Shown: positions 1 to 13,320, counted from the first letter of the stretch. The stretch: 64,000 bases of DNA from Enoplolaimus lenunculus (GCA_030248215.1 JASANG010001409.1:1-64000); one strand, 5' to 3'. A program made the numbers and translations. Notes: generated by a model not told the origin, from the letters alone.

Positions 1-267
1 TTGTCGTTATTACTTGGTTCAGGTACAGTATAAAATATAACATAGTAAAACTAATACAGTCCGTTGGCTACCTTGGTTTTCAACCTTCAAAATAAGGTTT
101 TTACTAGTATAGTGTATTGGAATAGTGTAGTCAAGGACGGTTTTACAAAATGAACATTGGCACATTTTCCAAGCTCATTGCTCTGACTGCGCTGACAGAC
201 CATGCCATTGCATTTAGCAACTCCTATGTTGCTGTGATTTGATATGCGACGTATATAAAAGACTTAC

Positions 268-1951
268 TTTCATCAGGTAGTACAATAACCCGATGGTCAG
301 CGACGTTAATACTGGTTCATTATCCTCGCGCGAAAATGTTATAGTTACAAATGTGCTTGGATCCCAGAAACAACATATAGTTTAAATTAACTCGAGCTTT
401 GTCGATGAAACTAACCAAAAACGAAAGTGAGAAAAATATAAAACTGAGTCAAGATTTGATTAAAATACATGAATAACAGCTAACCAGTTTACCAATTTCT
501 CAAAGTCACGTTTGGTAACGGTGTAGAATATTCAAAAGCCCTGATGATCCAGGTATTAATAGTGAAGCTACATGAGGAACTACGCAAAAATATGTGAGCA
601 TAAATCTGGCCGAAACAAAGTGGAACAATACCCCAGACTTCATAAAACACTTACGTACATTAATTTTGAGCACAGCCGTGTTTTGGTGATCATAATCAGT
701 GTCGTAATCAAAGCTTTCATCAATTTCAATCTCAGCAAACTTTTTCGGCTGAACAAATAGGAGAAAAAATGGTATAAGCACAAACATTATAAATGAAAAA
801 TTTTGCACACGCGCCTGTGTATAAAAATCGCAGATTATGGAACTAAGGCCATATCATCGAAAGTTTAACTTAAAAATCTTACTTTGGCGCTGAAATATGC
901 GTATATATTTATTATACATAACAATTCATTCAAGCATCCTACCTCTACTAACTCACCTCATTATTTTGCTCAATTTCAAAGCCTAAGGCTGGCTTTCATA
1001 ATCCCCGTCATAACTCAAACTCGTTTTTTACCTCTCATCCTCATGTCACAATCTCAGGCGGATGTACCGAGTGCGACTGAGTAATTAACATTGTACCTGA
1101 AATAGCTAATCGGGCATCTCTAGTATATACTTGCACAGCAAACCACCAAAATTTAAGCTTGAGAGGCAAACCACAGAGACTTTTCAAACAACCACCTACG
1201 GATGCGGTTCTGAACAAGCCGAATCCAAAAGCCAAATCCAGCACATCTGTATTAACAAGAATTGGAAAAAACCTGCTAACTGAATGAATATTTTTGTTTC
1301 AAGTCACAAATTTGAGAGACTGAGGTTGGCACGAAATCATTGCTGTTTGCGAAAAAATTAATTTGCTGGAACAAAAACCAACCAATTGGATGAAAAATGT
1401 GCAAGTGTTGAGATCATTGGTAATTTGAAAGGTTATTATCGAGCTTGGAATTCGGATTCGGTCAAATTGTACCCTCTATGCCGCCCTGAAAAGTGGCGGA
1501 TCCAGGAATTTCTTAAATGGGAGTCGGGTGCAGCATCTGTTGCGGAAACGCAATACTGGCAAGGTAGAAACCTTATCATTTTAATCGAAAAAATTTTGTG
1601 AGGTGAAAAAATTGTAAGGTAAATCATTTTATCATAAAAAATTTTTGAGGAAATCATTACCTTATCTTTTTTACAAAACATTTTCTGAGGGAAATATTTG
1701 TAAGGTTAGGACGTTAACATTTTATCACAAAGAATTTCTCGATGGGCGTACGCCCGCCTCTCTCTGGATCCGCAAGTAACCCTGACTACTGTATATGTCT
1801 AAGCCAAAATCAAACGCTTTTGGCATAAAAAACCAAACAACTTTTTGGCATTATTCTTTAATATGAATTTTTAAAAATAACCAATCAAAGAAACAAACAA
1901 AGCAAACAGCTTCACTTACCCAAAGCGAATAAACCATACCAACGTTTCCAT
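268..1951 (-). pseudogene. Inverted, error-laden copy of LAMP exons 1-4 (mirror of 28795-30392)
   Basis: Reverse complement of the 5' part of the LAMP gene. ORF 506-808(-) retains PKKF...[17 protein letters not shown]. Exons 1 and 2 carry indels, and the copy stops before exon 5. Confidence 0.75.
1492..1775. mobile_element. MITE with short imperfect TIRs (agtggcggatccag ... ctggatccgcaagt); mirror ~28965-29256, related copy ~53900-54130
   Basis: Inverted termini, internal gtaagg/ccttac subrepeats, and a gggcgtacgcccg motif shared with the 53.9-kb copy. Confidence 0.5.
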
Positions 1952-3073
1952 TTTTAGTTAACGATCGGCTGCGCTTTTTATATACTGACAACTCTAAAAC
2001 ATGCAAAATGTAGTTCATATTGCTAGTACAACCAACGCAAGTTTCAAATATCCACGCAAAATTAAAGCATATAGGAATCCATACAACTCACAGCAGTCTT
2101 ACCTTTCATTATTCACTACTTACCGCTTGTTGCAGCGCCTAAATCAATCACCGTCAAACTTAAATACTAGCTAAAGAATTAGCGCGACATGTATGTTAAA
2201 TAATCGCGAGTATAATGGTACAGTAATAGAACACAAAGCAACAAATTTTTTTGCAGCACTACGCTTGTATCATGTCCCAAATTGCCCTGGTCATAGCACT
2301 AGCGTAATCACAAATCGTTCAATAAGGTGCACGAAATTCTTTATAAAAACTTCAAGCATTTAAATCCATAAAATCTGCCAATCTACTATAACTTTTAGGA
2401 TTTAAAATAGCGACCAAAAAATTTGTAGTTTTTTAATATTTTATCCTTCTAAAGATCACTTCCGTGGTAAATGTATTTAATGCGTGGGGTATGATGTGCG
2501 AGATTCACATGCAGGCAAACCGCAATTTGTCCCACCTTGATTTTATCGTCGAGATTAAAATTCCGGTTCTAACAAACAATGCTTGAGTGTCATATGACAT
2601 TCACAAAGCACCACTCTCACATGTTAATGCGTATAAGAGCCATTATTTCACGTGATACAGTAGTGGAACATTTATCCTTCGGGATGTAACGGATGATAAA
2701 AATAACGGAAACGGAAACGACAACGGATAGTGATCTGTTTGTAAAATTTTGAAGAAAAAATAGCAGATGCACCTAAAATTTGAAGATTTTGGATGAATTT
2801 CGTAACATTTATTTCATATCTAACAATAGCAGCAAAAAATGGTGAGTTAAATTGACTCTCCCCGAAATAGGCTTTGCGGCACTACACAAACTGAGTCACA
2901 CCGGCAGAGTCTAACGCGCGAAATGTGTTGTACTTGTAATGACTTTGGCTGGGGTTGCAAAACCATGCTTAAGTGCGACTTATAGTAACTTGAGTATACG
3001 GTCTTAGTAATTGCTTAACTATTTGGCCGTCTTTAAAAGCGTTAAGCAAACACTTAAGAAGCTGACTAAATTA

Positions 3074-4870
3074 TGCGGGGTTCACGTTACAACCGGGGCA
3101 GGCGGGACACGGTTTGTCCCATGTTGATTCGACGTCAAGGTTAAAATTCGAGCACTCACATCGGGTGAACAGACAAAAGTCGAATGCCATATGACATTAG
3201 CTTACAAACCACCTGTTATCATTCCAACCAAGCTGCACGTATTTTTATTAAAGAATTAATTAAAAATAGGTTTTCAATTAACATTCGACAACAAGAATTT
3301 CATATAGCGCGCGCAAGTTATTAAAAAGTAGCCACATCACGATTAATTTCCCAAAATTCACTACAAATTTTGCTCAAATTTCCTGGTTTGTTCTTAAAAT
3401 GATTAGTACTGTTGTAGTAGAAAAGTGCCCATATAGGCCTATAATAATTATCAGTAGTTACAGTTAGCAAGATACCAGATGCTAAGAGTAGTTAAAGTAA
3501 ACTGGGGGCCGTTGCCGACCTAAGTCTTAGTCAACCGTAAACAATAAAAACAATAAAAGTTAAAATTCATTCAACTAATCGAATCAGTTCTTCGACACAA
3601 AAACTGCTGTTTTTCGCCAGGCGAGCTCCTTTTTATAGGCTCTTTTTGTCCTTGATTCTGGTTGACAAATGGGCTCATTATCGTAGCCTAAAATTTTCAA
3701 TAATTTGAATTCGCGCTATATTTAAAATTTTAAAGCAATTTTGTTTCGAAACTTTACGCTTGAATAATTTTGTTAGGCAGTTTACGCCAAAACAATAGAA
3801 TTAATTTGGCCAATTCTTAAGAAAATTTTAGTAAGTTTATAAAATTTAAACTTTATTTTTGGTATGCGGTTCTTAATGACCTTGTTTACATCGATTTTAG
3901 CACAATTTATACTTTTTGTGCTTTTGTCAGCATAAATTCCTCTTTACTTTAATTCGCGAAATACTATTCAATTTTTAAACAAAATTTACAAAATTTACAA
4001 AATTTACAAAATTTGCCGCCTCACTTTTCACGGCCAAAATTTTTTAAAGCAAGTAAAACTCACTACTTCAATTTGTGGCGCATCCGTTGCCACCAAGTTA
4101 ATTGATTCTATGAAAAATATTTTTGTCAAAAACACTTTCGTTTTTGACCTTCAAAAATTTTAAGGAAGAGTAAAGTGTGAACATCACACTTTACTAAAAG
4201 TTTTTTTTAACATTTCAAGTGCAAGTGCTCATCACTTGCACTTGATTATTACATCAAGTTGTGTTAACTTTCTTTCAACTTTTATTTTTAAGTTTTGTTT
4301 TTAAGTATTGTTTTTGTTGACAGAGTTTATTTGAACTCGGGTCGGGAGGGTCCCCCCAACCATGTTGCTCAAGAGTGAACGGTGTTCTCCGCGAGGGTAA
4401 ACCCAGGTCTGAAATCAGACCCGGCTAGGTACGGTAACTGTATGACGAACGCTCTGCAGTCGCTTTAACTGTATCTAGTTGGAGGCCACAGTACCTTCGG
4501 GGCTGGTCAATGGCTGACGACAGGTGTAGATCTATTGGAATCTCTTGAGTAACTTTAAATTTGAAATTAACTTTTTTTGACCTGTTGGGCGTCTTGCTTA
4601 TTTTGTCCTTCAATCAAACTCTGTTGTTTTCTGTTCCGTAAACCACCGCTCTCAAATGGACATTTGAAAGTATGTCATATGATATTCGCGGACAATACCT
4701 CGAATATCATATGATATTGAAGTACAAAAGGTGATCCACACATGATAATAGCAGACAAATACGAATTTTTGAATACTATATATGGTTTATAAGCAGACAA
4801 AATGTTACTCAATAGTCTAATAGGGACAAAACGTGTCCCAAGCTGCCCCTGTTATAACGTGAACCCCGCA
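3074..4870. mobile_element. ~1.8-kb non-autonomous PIF/Harbinger-like element
   Basis: Imperfect TIRs tgcggggttcacgtta...gggacac...gtccc and gggac...gtgtccc...taacgtgaaccccgca. TTA flanks both sides (3071-3073 and 4871-4873). No transposase ORF. Confidence 0.75.
4262..4660 (-). mobile_element. Probable 3' end of a 5'-truncated non-LTR retroposon (mirror ~26085-26500, +)
   Basis: GC-richer island with an ORF end (...ERSSYSYRT*), a structured 3' region, AATAAA (AATTAA in the mirror) and an A-rich (AAAAACAAAACTT)n tail. No RT motif visible. Confidence 0.4.
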
Positions 4871-6198
4871 TTAGATACACTACAAAAATTACCTGTTCAA
4901 GCGTACTAACCTTGATCTAATTGAAGCTGTAGATTCATGATGCCTTAAGTTCATTGTCATGACACCCGCCGATATTTTTCTTTTTTGGTTAGTTAAGCGT
5001 AAGTTAGTAAATATATACATAAGTACGATGTCAGAAACCCAGCCAGTGGTAAATAAAAATTTTCAAGTATATTCAATCCAAAAGTAGCTTAAATTTTTTC
5101 TGTCTCGTTGACGACATATGCTGAGCTGAATCTGCCTGTGTCGAGCCATATTTTTCCTCCTATAGCCATATAGTCCACCATACTATACTTTTTGCTACGG
5201 ATGTCGAAATATCGGATAGTGCAAGCACCGCCAAATAATAGAATAGTTAACGGAAATCGGAACCGGATATCAACCTGATTGTAATACACGAACCCGCCCG
5301 TTTTTACGTATTTTATTCAGTGGCAAATCCAGATATTCTTCGGGGAGATGCACCAGGGGATAATGTTAAGTTAAGTATGTATGCATGAATGTATATATGT
5401 ATCTCTAACGAGAAGAACCTCAAAGTGGTGAAGATGCACTCATTAAAGCGGATCTTGCAACAATTTCTAGCCTCTGATACCTTGGTTGTTACTAGGACGA
5501 AGAGGTTTTGTGTTCTTTTTCCCGTATTTTCAAAAATCACCATAAGTGCCATCATAGCTTACGTTGGTTTTAACCCTGAAAAAAATTAACACTCGGCAGC
5601 CAGCGGGGGAATGCATGCCCCATATCCACCCTGAATAGCCTTTAAAAACCCAAATAAACGTTTCGTTGGTTTTTTCCTGTGTCCAGCCCTAGTTTTAAAG
5701 GCTTTCGCGATGCGTGTAAATGTGAGTATTGCGTTCATGTAAAATTGCACTTACAATTAGTTGCTCATGCTCATAGTATACTTTACGTGATGAGGAACTT
5801 TTACGATAAAGGTAGGATTCAGACCACCAGGCTCTCGGCTGGGAGGGGTCTCACATAGCTACAGTAGCGTAACGAATGAGCCGGGGACGGGTGGCTGTCA
5901 CGTTTTGTGGAGACTTTATACTCTGTCTACGTGTACCTAAATTGCTATATAGAAGACAATACTGGTCTCTGATGCTCTACGGAATAGTTTTCAAACATAT
6001 TTAAGTTCTCGCCTTGGCCCATATTCTCAAATGCGTACAGCACCTATCACCAGTTAACGATAAGTTTTCAAACTGACCAAAATCTGCAATTGCAGATCTC
6101 AAAAAATCTCAAAATAAGTTAAAGAAGTATAGCGCAAATCAAACGCGAACAATGTGCTGAATTTAAAAGCTGTCACGATGCAATTGTTTCCAAATTTA

Positions 6199-6336
6199 GG
6201 CCCATGTAAAGATCAGGAGCGGAACGTTTTTCTGTGGGACTACAAACTAATTTTTTTGCTTGACTTAGCTTTAGGCTAATGCTTAGGTTTAGGAGTATAC
6301 TTATAATGCTGTTCCGCCCCTGTTGTTTAGTTGGCC
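6199..6336. mobile_element. TTAGGC-carrying MITE, family T1 (Merlin-like ends)
   Basis: GGCC termini and a perfect 8-bp TSD caaattta (6191-6198 and 6337-6344). Confidence 0.8.
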
Positions 6337-6980
6337 CAAATTTACAGCACCTATCACCAACTAGTGCTAGGTGCTACACACATTTGAAAGTATGGGCGCA
6401 CTGCAAATTGGATGAGTTGATTAATCAATTCAGGTAGCGAGTTGGTTATTTATAAATTAATATCAGTAAACATTAACTCACTCTGAGTTGAGTCGATTCG
6501 CACTCTGAGTTGAGTTGACTCATGGGTGAGTTGATTAGTTAACTTAGAATGAACTAAATCAACTCAAAATTCTGAGATGTGATAATCCTAACTCAGACTG
6601 AGTGATTCAACTCATTTTGAGTTAAGATCAACTCACTGAAATTTACAGTGGCGATTGTTTTAGGTTTTGCTATTAACCGAGTTGTATTTCCTAGCGATGC
6701 TTGAAATGGAAACCATATGCACTAATTGGCCTTCGAGAGGCTAATAGGTTTCTTAACTTAGGATGGTTTTATTAAAATGTAAACAAACAAGTCCTAATGT
6801 ACGTACGTAAACAACTAATGATCGTATGCAAGTATAAAGTAAAATGGTTAAACACCGTGGGAACATTGCCAAATGTTGCCCATTTAACGCTTTTGTCGCC
6901 CAAAAATAATCGCGCAAAACCCCAAAACGACACTGTTATGTATTTTTTATTCATGAACAATCAAATATTCGGTGGGTGTA

Positions 6981-7211
6981 CACTGTAAATTTCAGTGAGT
7001 TGATTTTAACTCAGAATGAGTTGAATCACTCAGTCTGAGTTAGGACTATCAGAACTCAGAGAATTTTAAGTTGATTCAATTCATTTTGAATTAATGAATT
7101 AACTCACCCGGAGTCTAGTGAACTCAGAGAGTGAACTCATAGTAAGAATCAACTCAACTCAGAGTGAGTTAATGTTTACCGAGATTAATCAACTCATTGG
7201 AATTTAGAGTG
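6981..7211. mobile_element. CACT-ended MITE family B with gagttga/tcaactc subrepeats (also ~6399-6650, 45629-46283, 62490-62801 and mirrors)
   Basis: cactgtaaattt...aatttagagtg termini flanked by TA; several dispersed copies. Confidence 0.75.
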
Positions 7212-8432
7212 TAACCAGATATACATTTCCGTTTCCGGTAAAAATCAGTGTCCGTTTCCGTTTCCGTTTACCAAAATACCGGAAACTGCTAATTTTGTAC
7301 TCAAAATTAGTTAAAATTCACGTATATAAACTGGCAATTTTCATAACAAACGTGCTGCAATTGTTCAGCCAAGGTCTTAAAAATTTCATTGCGTCCGCTA
7401 TTTTTGCTTTAAATTTTGAAAAAGCGCAGTGAGTATTTGGATGCGTTAATTGTGTTGGCAGAAAAATAAAACATCTTCGAACGTTTTTTACTTCAATATC
7501 CCTTTACGTTATTTTGATCGCTATCCGTTTCCGTTTCTGTTATTTTTACTATCCGTTTGCATCCTGTTTAATGTGTTAAATTGAAATTTTTTTCTGGTAT
7601 CTATTTTAGTTATGTGTCGCCGTAAACTAACCTCCGGTAATAGGCTTAGACATGAGAAAAGACCTAAGCGTAAACCTATACTAAACTTAAGCCTACACGG
7701 TTAGCGCAGTGGGTCCATAGATCTTGGGCGGATGGTTTTAATCGCTGTTCTTCAATAGAGTAAGCTTAAACTTTAGACTAATTTTTCCTTACTCAGGCTT
7801 AGATTTAGGCTCAAGTAGGTTTACGCATAGGCTCAGGCTTAGAAATATGCTTGTACTACAGTTCCGTTCTGCAGTTCTATACATTGCCTCTGTACCGTAA
7901 GCTTAACCGCATAATTCTGTTTAATCCTAAGACGACTTCGGTGGGGCTTTAATGTGAAGCCCTCGAATTTTTAGACAAACTTCTTAATCCCATAATTTTA
8001 CAAACCTATAACAAGCGTTTACCTAATTAGCTTTAGAATATTATGACAGTTATTTTAACGTTATTTTAAAAACTACTGCAGAATTTTAATAAAATGTATC
8101 TATAAGAACTGCGAAAAACACCATTTTTTGTTTAAAAATTTATACAGCCATGCTTGCACGTCTCAATTGTGTTGGTAGAAAAATAAAACATCTTCAAAAC
8201 TTATTTCAATATCCGTTTCCGATATTTTTGCTATGCGTTTTTACAGCCTACAAAATACGGATCCGATTGTTGTAGAATTTTTTATAATTTTTGATTCGAA
8301 ACTTTGGTATGAAATTTTAATTTCATAAAATTTTTGACAGGGGCAATGGATACTATAATACGCAATTTCTTCTTAGCGTATGAACTATTTCGGTTTGAAA
8401 AGCAAAGATTATTACAAAACATGTCCTTAAGG

Positions 8433-8613
8433 GGCCCATGTTACTTTAAGCGGCGTCCAGGTTCCTGGTGGGTCTATAAAAGAGTAGGTTTAGATTCTAG
8501 ACTACATTTTGTTGCTTAGGCTTAGGCTTACGAACACATTTTTGTAACGAGGCGTAGGCTTAGGCTTAGGACTACGCTTAATCTACTGTTACACCCCTTA
8601 AAGTAACATTAGC
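8433..8613. mobile_element. TTAGGC-carrying MITE, family T2 (mirror ~22130-22312)
   Basis: ggcccatgttacttt ... aaagtaacattagc termini and internal TTAGGC units; homologous to 53332-53480 and 59201-59548. Confidence 0.7.
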
Positions 8614-9019
8614 TTGTTTAGAAATCGGAGCCCTGGAGTCACAAGCCTCATTTGCCAATTGCAAAATTGCAGCAGGGATCGAACAACACTGCAATTGATT
8701 GCTTTTAGGGGTTGGGTCAAACTATACGTATATGTTTTATTGATTGAAAGGTCATTGTAAGGTTAATCCTGTGCTTAAACAATTGAGAATCCTGATACGT
8801 AATACATGCCGGTTATATTTATGCTTCATTTAATGTAAATAAAATACAGATTTGTATAGAATAGCGGTACTGGTTATGCGGTAAATATGATGAACGTAAA
8901 GTCCACGGGTTATAAACTAGAAATAAGACGTTGCGTTGGAGTATGACCATGCGTTTACTTTATACAAATTTTTCCATCACAGATCATATGCTCTCGACCT
9001 GTAAAAGGAACCCGTAGTA

Positions 9020-9429
9020 CTGTAGTGATCCGAGTAAGGGGGGAACTGATAATTATTTGGCCTCTTCAGAGCGATCCGTTGCGGACTGTTATTTATTTTC
9101 AAACCGCCTTTCGTTACTGATATATATTCGGTATTGCAACAATCCGTTGAATAAAACGTTTGTCTTGAATCAAAAGCTTGAGCGATAATGCAAGGTTATA
9201 CTGAATGTACTTCCAAAACTTAAGTACGCTTTAAAGTTTCGAAATCAACTTTATTTGGGCCTGGAGTTATTTATGCGCTACAATTAGCGCAATAGACATT
9301 TATAGACTCTAATTAGGGTTAAGGTACTCTATCCGCTACAGATTCTTATTAGAGATACGGACTCCTATTGATTGGGATTCAAAATGGAGACCTCCTCTAA
9401 TGACCCCCCTCTTATTCGGGTCACTACAG
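9020..9429. mobile_element. TA-flanked Tc1/mariner- or pogo-like MITE; the mirror copy ~20779-21725 contains an extra insertion
   Basis: TIRs ctgtagtgatccgagtaagggggg and ccccctcttattcgggtcactacag with TA on both sides; partial related copy at ~42410-42483. Confidence 0.7.
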
Positions 9430-10072
9430 TATTAGGACTTTGTCAGCTTTATATATTCACTCAGGGCCGAAGCAGCCACCTTCGTACCCCCCCATTTAGG
9501 GGCGTCCATACCAAAGATGGGATCCGACGACAACACGATTTTAAACAAAAAATAATCGTTAATATTCAACTTGGATGTGCATTTAAAATTGAAAAATTCA
9601 CATTTTGAAAAATATTTTAATCATCGCAAGGGGCCCACAGCCTGTACCGGCACTGCATCAAATATCGAACCTTCTCAATTATCGACCGGATGCAACGCAG
9701 GCACCCGGAAAGTTTGTACCCACGAACTACAGATATATTAGCATCGGATGTTTTTTCAATTTCCACTCATTTTAGGCTACGCTTACAGTTTTAGATTCAC
9801 AGCGATGCTAAGGCTTACATTCACACTCAGTGTCCGCTTTATCTGCGTTTTAAACCTGGAGTTTATAACCATTGCATTTTGCAATATTTGACTTTCTCAG
9901 TTGAACACAATGCGCCTAAAAGCTTAAAAGCGCTATTATTGGTGCATTAGATCGTTCACTTAAGTACGTAATTACTTATTAATAAACAGATTATCTTTTA
10001 AACCGAGACAAAATTTGGCAGTCGTGCTAGTACTAGCAATTTTAGTTTAAGGTTTTGACTCATGTATTGAAA

Positions 10073-10379
10073 AGTGCGGGAACAGTAGTACAAGCATATT
10101 GCTAAGCCTAAGCCTAAGCCTAAGACTAAGCGTATGGATGAGCCTATTCTTAAGCCTAAGCCTAAGCCTAAGCGTATGGGTGAGCCTATTCTTAAGCCTA
10201 AGCCTAAGCGTAAGCGTATGGATGAGCCTATTCTTAAGCCTAAGCCTAAGACTAAGCGTATGGATGAGCCTATTCTTAAGCCTAAACCTAAGCCTAAGCA
10301 AAAAAATTAGTCTAAAGCTTAAACTGACTCTATTACAGCCCCTCCGGAAAACGATCCGGCCCTGTTCTATACATGGACC
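10073..10379. mobile_element. Family T1 MITE with expanded GCCTAA/variant array (mirror ~19825-20131)
   Basis: Higher-order repeat of (gcctaa)n + gcgtatggatgagcctattcttaa inside the T1 frame. It generates the spurious LSLSL/LRLRL ORFs. Confidence 0.75.
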
Positions 10380-10814
10380 AGGGTTTGTCGAATGATAGCA
10401 ATGCTTTCTAATGGTTTACTGGAAAGTTGTTTGGGATTTTGGCATATATAATAAACGGATACTTTTACGAGTCCAGTCAAAAGCGCAACCAAACTAAAAT
10501 ATATTAAAAACAAAAAGACAAAGAAAGAAAGATGAAGATATGAGAGAGAAAGACAGTTAAAGATGAGAAAGACAGATGAAGTGTTAAAAGGAAGAACTAA
10601 GGAGCGACCAAACACAGGCGAATCTAAGGATGGCTTCTTGATCGATCCAGTACTCAACAGGGATCGAAACCATAATATTGTGTGTAAGATTTAGTACTAA
10701 AATTGCGTTTGGCTTGTCGCCCAGTTCTTTCGCGAGTTGTTTGATAGTATTATATATGAACGCCCTCGTAGAAAGTTCTTGATCCGCAACTGAGAGCTGA
10801 AAACACTGAGAGGA

Positions 10815-10977
10815 GAAAAAGATACTTAAGAAAGGACAGTGCGAAAAAAGCAAGAAAGAAAGAAAGAAAGAAAAAATAAAAAAAGAAAGAAAGAAAGAAA
10901 AGAAAGAAGGAAACAAAGAAAGAAATAAGTACAGAAAGAAACAAGGAAAGAGAGAAAGAAAGAAAGAAAGAAAATGA

Positions 10978-11013
<36 letters not shown>

Positions 11014-11070
11014 AAGAAAGAAACAAATAAAGGAAGGAAAGAAAGAAAGAGACAGAAGAAAGAAAGAAAC
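10815..11070 (+). repeat. (AAAG)n-type purine microsatellite (mirror (CTTT)n ~19130-19390)
   Basis: Visible directly; source of the F/L/S-rich spurious ORFs. Confidence 0.9.
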
Positions 11071-11792
11071 AACGAAAGCTTATGTCCAGCTAATATTCTC
11101 CGGCATCTGCGCTTTAGTTCAAATACCAACAGCGGTTGCGAAACACGACAAGCGTGCAAAACGCTATTTTAGCAATTAGAGCTGTCAAAGATATTATTAC
11201 CGCAGGCAGAAAGGTTGCATAAGCTGGTTCTAATCCTTTCATCCGAAAGAGTACCCGACTTTCACCAAAATGCTTGACAATAAACAAGCCACAAAGGATT
11301 CCGTTAATGCCGTTTTAAACGCTGCGATATTCCTGGTAGTCTATGGCACTTTTAGCTTCCAGGATTCACAGACCGCAACAGCGTTCGCTGCGGTGAGTGC
11401 TTTTGGCTTAGAGGCTTTACGTTCAAATTTAAACCAATTTTTCAAGTTGAAAGCGCTCGTCGTATTGCGTACGGGTTCAGTTCAATTATGAACGGCTTAA
11501 ACTGAACCAGTAATATTTTGTGGTAACAATGAGCAAAAGCGGTTAGGATTCAACCCTATGCTGGCTTGGTTATATTTTTAACCGTTCAAGTTTCAACGTT
11601 GTTGATACGGTTTCCGGAAAAAATGTTACCTCCGATGAACTTACTAAATGCTGGGGGGCACAACTTTGAATTTCAAACTCGGCTCGCACAAAAAACATGC
11701 TAACTCTAGAAAGCCACAATCCACCTGATTTGAAATTTTACAAAGATCTTTTTATGTATAAACCAAAATAATAATAGATGCTGTAGCATATA

Positions 11793-11999
11793 CACTGCAA
11801 AAATGGTGAGTCAAATTGACTCGCTCCGAAATAGGCTTTTCGGGACTACATAAACTGAGTCAATTCCGCCAGAGTCTAATTCGGATCACTGTGCGAGTCG
11901 GGTGAGTCGAATTTGGCGGGGTCGAATTGGACTCAGTTTGTGTAGTCGCGAAAAGCCTATTTCGAAGAGAGTCAATTTGACTCACCAATTTTTGCAGTG
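11793..11999. mobile_element. Palindromic ~210-bp CACTG-ended MITE family A (also 41009-41218, ~42990-43200, 45680-45898, 46050-46250, 48007-48355, mirror ~18208-18414)
   Basis: cactgcaaaaatggtgagtcaaattgactc ... gagtcaatttgactcaccaatttttgcagtg; palindromic over almost its whole length and mostly TA-flanked. Confidence 0.85.
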
Positions 12000-13319
12000 T
12001 ACGCGTTTGAGAATATGAACACAGATTGCCAAGCTTATACACCTACTGAATAACCGGCGTATAATTTCCCCACACCGTATCTTGAAACTTTTGATATTTA
12101 GCAAGAATTTACTGAAAATACGGTTGACTCATGACAGATTGTGGTCGGGTCAAAATTTAACAGACCCAGTGTCTCGCAACTTGACCTAATTTTAGGCAGT
12201 TTTAGTAGCAAACGCGAAATGTTGTAGGATATTAACTTGCAGACGTCAAAACTAACTTTTCTCGCAAGTTATTCTCGCTCGCGAAGAAAAATCCATTTTA
12301 AACGAAATTATCCGGTTCCGAAATAAAATCGTCGTACACACCTGAGTCCGGATCCAGGCGGAAGTTGGTATAAAATAAAATTATTCCACTAGGTTTAACA
12401 TATCGGCAATTTTTCGACGCAGAACGCTCATGAAAAGTTCGGTCCATGTATAGAACATGGCCGGATCGTTTTCTGGCGGGGCTGTAATAGCGTCCGTTTA
12501 AGCTTTAGACTAATTTTTTCACTTAATCTTAGGCTTTGGCTTTGAAATACGCTCATCCTTACGCTTCGGTTTAGGCTTAGGGTTGGGCTTAGGAATACGT
12601 TTATACTAATGTTCCGGCCCTGTCGTATACACTGGTCAAAAGTTTAATGTTTATATTTTGTTTCATAGTGAAATAGCTGTCAAAGTAACGAGGTGATGAT
12701 ACAACTCATTTAAGTTTATAACGTTGCACATTTGGACAGCAACTCGTAACGTTTATAGCGTTGGAAACGTGGCAAAATTACGTTCGCAATATAATATTTT
12801 AAAGTGTATCTGCCGGAAAATTCTGAATCCACCACTGCCTTCAGGCGCAGCAGACATCAAGCGGACGAACTTAGGTCACAGCATTAAGCTTTATACGAAC
12901 AAGAGATCACATTTCAATTTAAGAGTCGGATATTGAAGGATTGAGCTCTACCGTAACCTTTCCCATAGCGAATGTCACGACTTTTGCGGTTATATCGACG
13001 ACAATCGGATTCAAGTGAATCGGCCAAAATTTGTTCAACGTCGCTGGCTTAAATCGAGAGTAAAGGCTGTTTGAAAATTTGGTCCATGAAACTTTTAGCG
13101 GCGTACACGTTTTCCGCCACAGGGCAGTTGAGTAGGCTTTAGATTTAGACTATTTTTTGCTTAGACTACGTTTAGTTTACGTTTAGTTTTAGAGTATTTT
13201 TTGCTTAAATTCAAGGATAGTTTTAGGATTTATGTTGGACACCGAGACTTAGTCTTAGGGTTATGCTTTAATAGGCTACAATTATTCCTCTAAACAGCAC
13301 AGTTGGCCGAAATTGTAAT

Positions 13320-13320
<1 letters not shown>

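Larger units (their letters stand above)
2943..5048. mobile_element. MITE of the cagtggctgg...cccagccaNtg family, interrupted by the 3074-4870 element (mirror ~25696-27813)
   Basis: Termini ctttggctggggttgcaaaacc and tcagaaacccagccagtg match those of the uninterrupted copy at 61571-61940; both have cttaag-rich interiors. Confidence 0.55.

Noticed and set aside
10047..10395. LRLRL/LSLSL ORFs (also 19809-20157, 44139-44375, 55525-55848)
   Set aside because: Translations of TTAGGC/GCCTAA arrays.
10750..11026. Phe/Leu/Ser-rich membrane-like ORFs (also 19022-19507 and 30380-30758)
   Set aside because: Products of purine/pyrimidine microsatellite or low-complexity sequence.
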